Under the pieces are notes generated by a model that was not told the origin of the DNA, made no database searches, and worked only from the letters and a program-made list of their open reading frames with translations. The translations under genes were made by a program, and so were the position numbers. A DNA stretch of 64,000 nucleotides from Sporopachydermia quercuum. Taxonomy: Eukaryota. The DNA lies in contig BCGN01000003.1 in the NCBI GenBank assembly GCA_001599295.1, forward strand, positions 992,001-1,056,000, given 5' to 3'. Below are positions 57,189-64,000 of the stretch, piece by piece; position 1 is the stretch's first letter, and each line of letters starts with the position of its first letter.

Positions 57189-59138
57189 TTATTTTTTATA
57201 AAATAAAACAGTGTTATCACCAGAAGCTACAATTTCCTGGCTAACATGCTCCTTTCTACTTGAATTACCAACTGGGAACTCAATTGTAGCATCTAGTAGC
57301 TGTAAACGAGTATTGAACTCGTCGTTGAACTCGTTGTTGAACTCTTCCACACTATCAATAAATACAGGTCTCACCTCTTTCCCTTTATTCGTATCTTCTT
57401 TAGCAGCTTTCTTAGATTTATTGGGATTCAAGGGTGCGATTGATGTTTTTGCCAAAGGCTCATTCAAATATAACTCTTCATCTTTATTGGGCAATCGTTG
57501 AACCATCTTAGGCAGAGCAACATTGCTCCTTTTACCATTACCTAATTGGCCTAGGGTATTGCCTCCCCAAGCATACACATCTTTACCAAAAGCTCCATTT
57601 TGAGTGTTATTTGCCATACTAACAACTGTATGTTTATCGCCCACAGTTAAGCTTTGAATAGGTACTTGTTTATAACTGTTGTTCACGTACTCCTTGACCT
57701 TCATAAGATCCTTTATTCTGGCAGGTTCTGTTTGAACATGAGTGAATTTTCCTGTACCTAGTTGTCCTAATAGGCCTTTACCGAATGCTAAGTATAATGT
57801 ATCAGTTGGTGAACTGCTATTTGTTTCAGAATAGCCCATGAATTGTCGTAAGTTAACTGGATTCACTATGGCGAACGTGCTATCACCGCCTGCGTATATT
57901 TTCTCAACTTTAGGGAAAAAGTTCTTTGCAAATGCATTTTTGAACTCAACTTCAATGGGATAAGGAATTGTTTCTGTCTCATAACTGAATGGTATACCCA
58001 ATTGCCCGTAAGTGTTACTGCCAAAAGTCCATAATCTACCAGAAGTATCAAGAGCAGCAGAATGATGATTACCAGCAGCAATTTCTTTTATTTGCCTAGG
58101 CTTGAAATTAACTTTACCATCTGTTACACTTTTATAGGCATTAAGAAGAGATACTTCATGAACTTCATTAGGTGCTGGTGCTTCTTCAAAATGAGGGTAA
58201 TTCAAAAGTCCGAACTGACCTTTATGTTCTTTCAATTGAGACAGTCCTGTAGCAGCAGTGAACACTTTTCCTTTATTATCAAGAATTAATATGTGTTCAG
58301 CACCGCCTACGATATCAACTGCCTTTGATGGAACTGCTAGCTTTCCTGGCTCATTGGCCTTCTTCCAAGGAAGAAGCTTATTACTTAAATTGTTTGCGGT
58401 CTCCTTCTTGAACTTTTCCTGAGCATCGAAAGCAACCGGCATATAATAAATATTACCACTCTTAGCTAAAGAGTAAATACAACCATTGCTGATAATAGCT
58501 TTCAAAAGATCTTTATCCTTCAAAGTTACTGTAGGCGCATCTATGCTACTTGAAAAGTCATCACCCCATTGGACAAGATCGCCATTTTCCAAAATGGCAG
58601 CAGCAGATTTGCCAGAAAATACAACATTTCTTAATAGTTTAGAGTCAAAGTACTCCATTCTAACTGGACGACGTACACCCACTTCTGGTAAATCTTTTGC
58701 TATAACGTGGCCTTCGTTACTACCCCATACATACAGGCCAGGCACCTCAGGACCATATCCACTATTTGGTAGTTTAATCAAAGGCTCTTTTTCAGATTTC
58801 AATGCTTTGTAATCAACTTGGGTTTCTAATAACGAAGATTTGTGTCTTCTTTGTTTCCACTCCTCAAAACTTTTCTGTTCAGGTGTTTTTGTTAACGACT
58901 TGTATGCGAAAAATGCCCCAAGTACTAAGGCAGATAATCCACCAAACAGCAGTAGGCTCTTAGGGCTGGGACTGTCATTATTGCTATTGTCTTTTCTATC
59001 TGAGATATCATTCTCGGGAGTTCCAGCAGAAGAGTAACTTCTCGCTGAAAATGGAAGATAAGGTGTAGCAGGAACTACTCGCCTGATGCTGTTCCAGCAT
59101 AGTCTTGTTGCGGTGTTACTCTGCCATCTAACTACCAT
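57189..59138 (-). CDS. FMP25: Mitochondrial inner-membrane RCC1-repeat protein Fmp25 (Bca1)
   Basis: Presequence, single TM, and RCC1 repeats (GLYVWGSN, LWTFGSNTYGQLG, VYAWGGNTLGQLGNG). Adjacent to BOS1, like YLR077W-YLR078C. Confidence 0.88.
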   Translation of the reverse strand: MVVRWQSNTATRLCWNSIRRVVPATPYLPFSARSYSSAGTPENDISDRKDNSNNDSPSPKSLLLFGGLSALVLGAFFAYKSLTKTPEQKSFEEWKQRRHKSSLLETQVDYKALKSEKEPLIKLPNSGYGPEVPGLYVWGSNEGHVIAKDLPEVGVRRPVRMEYFDSKLLRNVVFSGKSAAAILENGDLVQWGDDFSSSIDAPTVTLKDKDLLKAIISNGCIYSLAKSGNIYYMPVAFDAQEKFKKETANNLSNKLLPWKKANEPGKLAVPSKAVDIVGGAEHILILDNKGKVFTAATGLSQLKEHKGQFGLLNYPHFEEAPAPNEVHEVSLLNAYKSVTDGKVNFKPRQIKEIAAGNHHSAALDTSGRLWTFGSNTYGQLGIPFSYETETIPYPIEVEFKNAFAKNFFPKVEKIYAGGDSTFAIVNPVNLRQFMGYSETNSSSPTDTLYLAFGKGLLGQLGTGKFTHVQTEPARIKDLMKVKEYVNNSYKQVPIQSLTVGDKHTVVSMANNTQNGAFGKDVYAWGGNTLGQLGNGKRSNVALPKMVQRLPNKDEELYLNEPLAKTSIAPLNPNKSKKAAKEDTNKGKEVRPVFIDSVEEFNNEFNDEFNTRLQLLDATIEFPVGNSSRKEHVSQEIVASGDNTVLFYKK

Positions 59139-60055
59139 TGTGGGAAACCTAGTATCTTGGATATGGAGGACAAATCAATGAATATGAATTGCGCCAACAG
59201 CAAAGAAAAATTGAGAAAAAGGTCTCTTAATTTTGCATTTCACAACTGAAATATACAGGACATTAATAAATTGTACGATATACCTTTACGTTGTGTGTCT
59301 CAGTAGTTGAGATGAAGCAGAAATTAGTAATTTTTGTAGCAATTAAAAACCTCTCAGATGAATGACAAATGTTAGATTGTTGATTTGTGTGATGAACTTT
59401 CGGCATGGGATCTCAGCCCGGAAATAGAGGTGGAATAATGTCATGTTTCATATGCATAAACATGCATAAACTCTAATAACTATAGAAGTATCTTGGTTAT
59501 TGTAATAGTTACCATCCAATTGTTGCTATATACATATACACATTTAATAGAGCGCACTCAATGCAAATAAGATTTAGAACTATTTTGAATTAATCTTAGA
59601 TTATTGGAAAACTCTCTTTTTGGCGGCTTTCATTTTCGTATGAAATCAAGTTCCTACACTCGCATTTGCAATTTTGAATTTTAAGTAACGTATGCAATAG
59701 TTTCCAGGTCTTGTCTAGACAACTTTTCTCATTGGTATCCCATCCTAGTAACCCAGACCACACATACAATGATACCCTAGTGTACTATCACAAAAATATN
59801 ACATTTGTCATGTAATGAGACTCAATGTCACATATTTCCAGGTATTCTANGCTATTCATATTAGTAGATGTCTAATGAGCTCTCAACTTTTTCTATCTTT
59901 TATAGTTACATGCTTTTTTTCTTCTATTCAAAAGCATCCTTCGGCTTCAGCTTGCGAGGTATATACACATTTGATTACTGAATTGCTCACTCCGTTTAGC
60001 ACTCGAAATTATCCAATATTACTCAGAGATTACTTTCCTGTAGCATATCACAATC

Positions 60056-60691
60056 ATGACATGGCCTAGATTCAATTCTAAAAGCCTACTCGTTCTTAAG
60101 CAATTCTCATCGGTACGATCTCCTATAATTCAAACAAGATACAACCATACAAGATATCATTTTGATACCAGGAAGTTTGTTCAAGAACTGCAGAATAATG
60201 GGTTTGATCTTAAACAATCAGAAGCAATCCTCACATCACTATCAAACGTGATTGAAGATAGCGTAAACAATCTATCATCAACATTAGTCAGTAAAGAATC
60301 ATTATCTCGCTTGACTTACCAACATAAAGTGGATTTTGCGAAACTGAAAGGTGAACTGCAATCGATTGATAAAGGAGAGTTTTCTCAAATTCGTATTGAG
60401 CAAGAAAGACTCCAGAATGACATTGAAAAGCTGCGACAGAAATTGAAAGAAGATATAACTAAAACACAAGCCAGTGTGCGGTTGGATTTGAATTTGGAGA
60501 AAGGAAGAATTAGGGAAGAATCCAGTATTCATGATAGTAAGATCAAAGAGACCGACGCCCGTATTGATCAAGAATTAGCCAATATGAGAATGCAGATTGA
60601 CTCAGTTAAGACCCAAGTAATGCAATGGCTGATAGGCGTGTGTACTGGTGCATTTGCACTGGTATTGGCATACATTAGATTACTCACGTAA
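60056..60691 (+). CDS. FMP32: Mitochondrial DUF1640/CCDC90/MCUR1-family coiled-coil protein Fmp32
   Basis: HFDTRKFVQEL...GF, VDFAKLK, RLDLNLEKGRIREESS and QVMQWLIGVCTG...LAYIRLLT. Convergent with SEC53, like YFL046W-YFL045C. Confidence 0.93.
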   Translation: MTWPRFNSKSLLVLKQFSSVRSPIIQTRYNHTRYHFDTRKFVQELQNNGFDLKQSEAILTSLSNVIEDSVNNLSSTLVSKESLSRLTYQHKVDFAKLKGELQSIDKGEFSQIRIEQERLQNDIEKLRQKLKEDITKTQASVRLDLNLEKGRIREESSIHDSKIKETDARIDQELANMRMQIDSVKTQVMQWLIGVCTGAFALVLAYIRLLT

Positions 60692-61240
60692 CAGTTTATG
60701 GTAAGTAAGGGGCAATTGAAATTGGTCAGTATACGGTCGTGGTTGCATGCCCATTTTATATGATACCACTANATGATACTGTTGCACAGAGATTCTGCGA
60801 AGGAAATTGATATGGAAGGTTACTATTCAATTATACCTATTGTTTTGTACTTTCACTACATCGTCAAGAAGTTCAGAATACGCCGGTTGTGTTTCAAATA
60901 CTNAATGTGTCCCACATCAATGCATCATTGACACCGTTACCATTTACATTGATCTATTCAGACTGCTTCTTGTCGCTATCCGAATATCTCAATGATCGTA
61001 TCACCAATAGTAATTGGAACTGAAATATATACAAACTAACAATACAATTGACACATATACTATAATTTATTCTACATTGTTACTGTTATTCATTGTTTTC
61101 AATATCATGTAATGCATCACACTAAATAATACAGCTTTAGAATCGTTCCAGTAGCTTTGACTATCAACTCCTATACTCTAATCACTTATCAACGATCCCT
61201 GAATGTCAACGAGAATAACATCACAAGTTAACTGACACAC

Positions 61241-62172
61241 TTAGAAGAACAACTCTTTAAGAATTCTCAAAGTATCATCAGGAGACTTAACAGAGTGTCC
61301 AACGGTTCGATCATCAATGTAAATTTCCCAATCATTGCCTCCTTTATATGCCTTATCACCAAAGAAGTGAATAACATCGAAATGCTCATCAGCAACGTGT
61401 TGAAGACAGTATGTCTTATCCCAGCCAGTGGGGAAAACATCGAAAGAAATTTGTCCTCCGATAGAATAGGTCAATCCAAAATCAGGGAATTCTTTCTTTA
61501 AAGCTTCCACCATATCAGCACGTACGTTATTAGCAAGATCAAACTTTTCATAGTCATTTCTTTCTTCAGTGGAAGCATTTCTTCCAATAGGAGAAATGTT
61601 GATCATACCATTTCTGAACTCAACGAAAGTGCCTCTTCTAATTGGCAGATCTAAGTTGGCCAAGTAGATTAAAATCCACTTAATGAGCTTATTGTATTTC
61701 TCTTCACCAATCCAATTGATGAAACTTTGACCAGCAAATTTCTTCCCTAGCTTATAGGCGGTCAAACCGTTTTCAGAGAAGCAGTAGTCAAACATTTCCA
61801 AGACTGTTGATGTTAGTTATTCATATTTGCATACAGGTCCCTCATAATCAAAAGCTATTCTCAATTTTACAGATACTTACCATCATCACCTAATTGTTGC
61901 CTTTGCTTGCTTAAATCACTACCCCCAACAAAACCAATAACAACCTTTTTTCTCAATTCTGCTAAAGTCTTTTTCATCTCATCAGAAATGTGCTATCATA
62001 GCAATGTTAATACATCTAGGCCTCTTGCTTAAAGTATCAATACAACATGAATATGCTACTTCCCATAATCAATTCTACTTACAAGTCTAGCAGGAGTCAA
62101 GGTTCCGTCAACATCGAATAAAACCAATACCTTCTTTTCTCCCCTTTGATCAAATGGTAAAACTACACTCAT
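61241..62172 (-). CDS. SEC53: Phosphomannomutase, 3 exons: complement(join(61241..61803,61881..61992,62083..62172)), 254 aa
   Basis: Exon 1 has the HAD motif [12 protein letters not shown], exon 2 has GFVGGSD, exon 3 has [29 protein letters not shown] and FFGDK. Introns are 61993-62082 (GTAAGT, TATTAAC, TAG) and 61804-61880 (GTAAGT, AACTAAC, CAG). Confidence 0.96.
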
Positions 62173-62442
62173 TTTCCCTATTCTTTAGCTAATTGAACAA
62201 TATATTATACCTCGTGGTAAATGTACTACTTCTTGACACGACTATTGTTTCCAACGCTTTAGCTAATATTACTAGCTTAATACAACCTGTAACAATCAAT
62301 CTCTTTGTAAAGAATATAGCAGCCTGATACGACTAATAAACAGATTATACTATACTCTATTTACTACTTCAATTGGAGATATGTATAAACAAGCTGTACG
62401 TGCTTTCATTCCCTCATACTTGTCATTTTGTTATTCTTGACC

Positions 62443-62492
62443 ACGCGCGCAAAGTTCAGGACGGAAAACGCTTAAGTGTCAAACGCGTTTTT
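62443..62492. promoter_or_regulatory. MCB/CGCG-type elements upstream of SEC53
   Basis: ACGCGCGCAAA at 62443 and a perfect ACGCGT at 62483-62488 followed by a T-tract, about 270-315 nt upstream of the SEC53 ATG. Confidence 0.4.
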
Positions 62493-63319
62493 TTGTCCTT
62501 GATTTTCCGGACAAACAGGAAAAAGCTTAGCGGACAGTTTACGGTATGCATGCGATCGAATATGGTCGTTTGTGTAGCATACATGATGTGTGTAAAGATA
62601 TATTCGTTAAAGGAAAACACGNTTTATATATTAAATCCTGGTCTACTTTGTGTGAATAAAAGTTGTTTTGGAGCGATTAGGTGTTGTTCTGGTTATGCGT
62701 TAGTGCTATGTCAGGTACGTTTTTCTATCAACGGTTGCGTTTCATGCATTCTTCTGCATTAATTGAAATCGTCCGAGACTTAAAAGTGAAAAATCAATGC
62801 AGAGCAAGGCATTATTATAACGAACGAGAAATTTATGGGACGGCAGGAAAGGAAATTTAACAGTATATGTTCTTATGGTTATATATGTAGATATGGATGT
62901 TACTTCGAATCTAATTGATAATAATGCAAATTGAAAAGTTGAAGACAATTCTCAATATGCATCAAATACCACTTGCAATTTGAAAAAGTANGGGGTAAGG
63001 GAGAAATGAGACATTCATTATTGCATAATACAACTCCAGGCAAAGAATCAGCAGGTCCACATTGTGAACTCGGCGATTGATACTTACGGAAAAGATATTA
63101 ACAGCTAAAGCCAGAGTATAAAAGATATTATTCAGCACNAGTAAGCTTTATTATACGTAGGCATCTCTCAATACTAGCCTTTATTATATATAAGTCCTAC
63201 ACTACAATCTTGAAATGCTTTGAAATTATTACATTAAAGAGCTTCCTTATCATATTAATACCTAGTAAACTATATAGTAATATAATTTATAATCCTGATA
63301 CAACCACCTGATTAACCGC

Positions 63320-63982
63320 TTAAGCAGAGAATTCGTAATCAGGGAAAGCCTTCAAGTTTTCTTCAAGAGGACCCTTCTTGGTCAAGAACTTAACGAAAGC
63401 ACCGTCATCCTTGACTTCACCAGCGTTTCTCTTTTCAATGTATTGCTCACGGTCGAGATTGGTGAAACCCCATTTCTTGGAGATAATAATCTTTTGTTGA
63501 CCAGGGAACTTATATCTGGATCTTCTTAAAGCTTCAATACAAACATCTTTGTTGGCATCCTTGGTACGGACAGACATGATGATTTGGCCAATGTTGACAC
63601 GAGCAGCAAGACCTTGAGGCTTACCGAAGGCACCTCTCATACCTTGTTGCAATCTATCAGCACCGGCACATGACAACATCTTGTTGATACGCAAAACGTG
63701 GAAAGGATGAACTCTGATTCTTAAATGGAAAGAATCTCTTCCGGAAATCTTGGTGATGTACTTGTTAGCACAGATACGAGCAGCTTCAAGAGCTTCAGAA
63801 GAAAGTTGTTCCAACTCGTTAGAAACCAAGTGGATACATAAGGGGAAATCGTCGACAGAGGCCTTCTTTCTACCTAAATCATAGATTCTAATCTTGGGGT
63901 CTGGGACACCACGATTGTATCTAGACTTGGGGTAGGGCTTGTTCTTACAGTATCTGTAGCATCTAGCGGGACGTCTGGCCAT
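63320..63982 (-). CDS. RPL10: 60S ribosomal protein uL16 (L10/QM)
   Basis: [35 protein letters not shown] and [21 protein letters not shown]. Intronless, with strongly biased codons. Confidence 0.99.
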   Translation of the reverse strand: MARRPARCYRYCKNKPYPKSRYNRGVPDPKIRIYDLGRKKASVDDFPLCIHLVSNELEQLSSEALEAARICANKYITKISGRDSFHLRIRVHPFHVLRINKMLSCAGADRLQQGMRGAFGKPQGLAARVNIGQIIMSVRTKDANKDVCIEALRRSRYKFPGQQKIIISKKWGFTNLDREQYIEKRNAGEVKDDGAFVKFLTKKGPLEENLKAFPDYEFSA

Positions 63983-64000
63983 TTTTGATAAACCTGCAGT

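Noticed and set aside
1902..61501. Many 60-240 aa ORFs antisense to or overlapping the long genes (e.g. 13838..14554, 11546..12043, 7700..8086, 58486..58812)
   Set aside because: These are shadow frames of low-complexity or codon-biased real CDSs, with L/S/F-rich translations, mostly non-ATG starts and no motifs.
62373..62762. 129-aa ORF between SEC53 and RPL10
   Set aside because: TTG start, Cys/Val-rich non-protein-like composition, and it overlaps SEC53 promoter motifs.

Overview
AT-rich, gene-dense nuclear DNA from a budding yeast (Saccharomycotina). It uses the standard genetic code: CTG falls at conserved Leu positions in DMA, TRX3 and FMP32. I find 25 protein-coding genes and one tRNA-Val(AAC) gene, in this order: coiled-coil protein, UGO1, BUD22, MRPL28, a large disordered AP-1-accessory-like protein, CGI121, TFB3, a PNPOx-like gene, VPS4, KIN1/2, DMA1/2, a YNL115C-like gene, CMR2/DIP2, TRX3, an AHC2/ZZZ3-like gene, a 73-aa RRM microprotein, CLB2, a DUF2470 protein, tRNA-Val, RSC1/2, SCW4/10, BOS1, FMP25, FMP32, SEC53 and RPL10. 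The ORF track breaks or truncates seven genes. I rebuilt them by hand with 11 spliceosomal introns, all restoring the reading frame. Several S. cerevisiae neighbour pairs are conserved. I see no transposon, CRISPR, rRNA, gene cluster or clearly foreign DNA, so this is a housekeeping region rather than a new system. The best leads are: (1) a small protein that appears to bridge yeast Ahc2 and metazoan ZZZ3; (2) a spliced 73-aa stand-alone PPIE-like RRM; (3) a 1420-aa aftiphilin-like protein with four gamma-ear-type motifs; (4) a Ser-to-Gly pseudo-hydrolase; (5) competing 3' splice sites; (6) a possible pseudogene at the left edge. Gene names come from recalled motifs and synteny, not from database searches.
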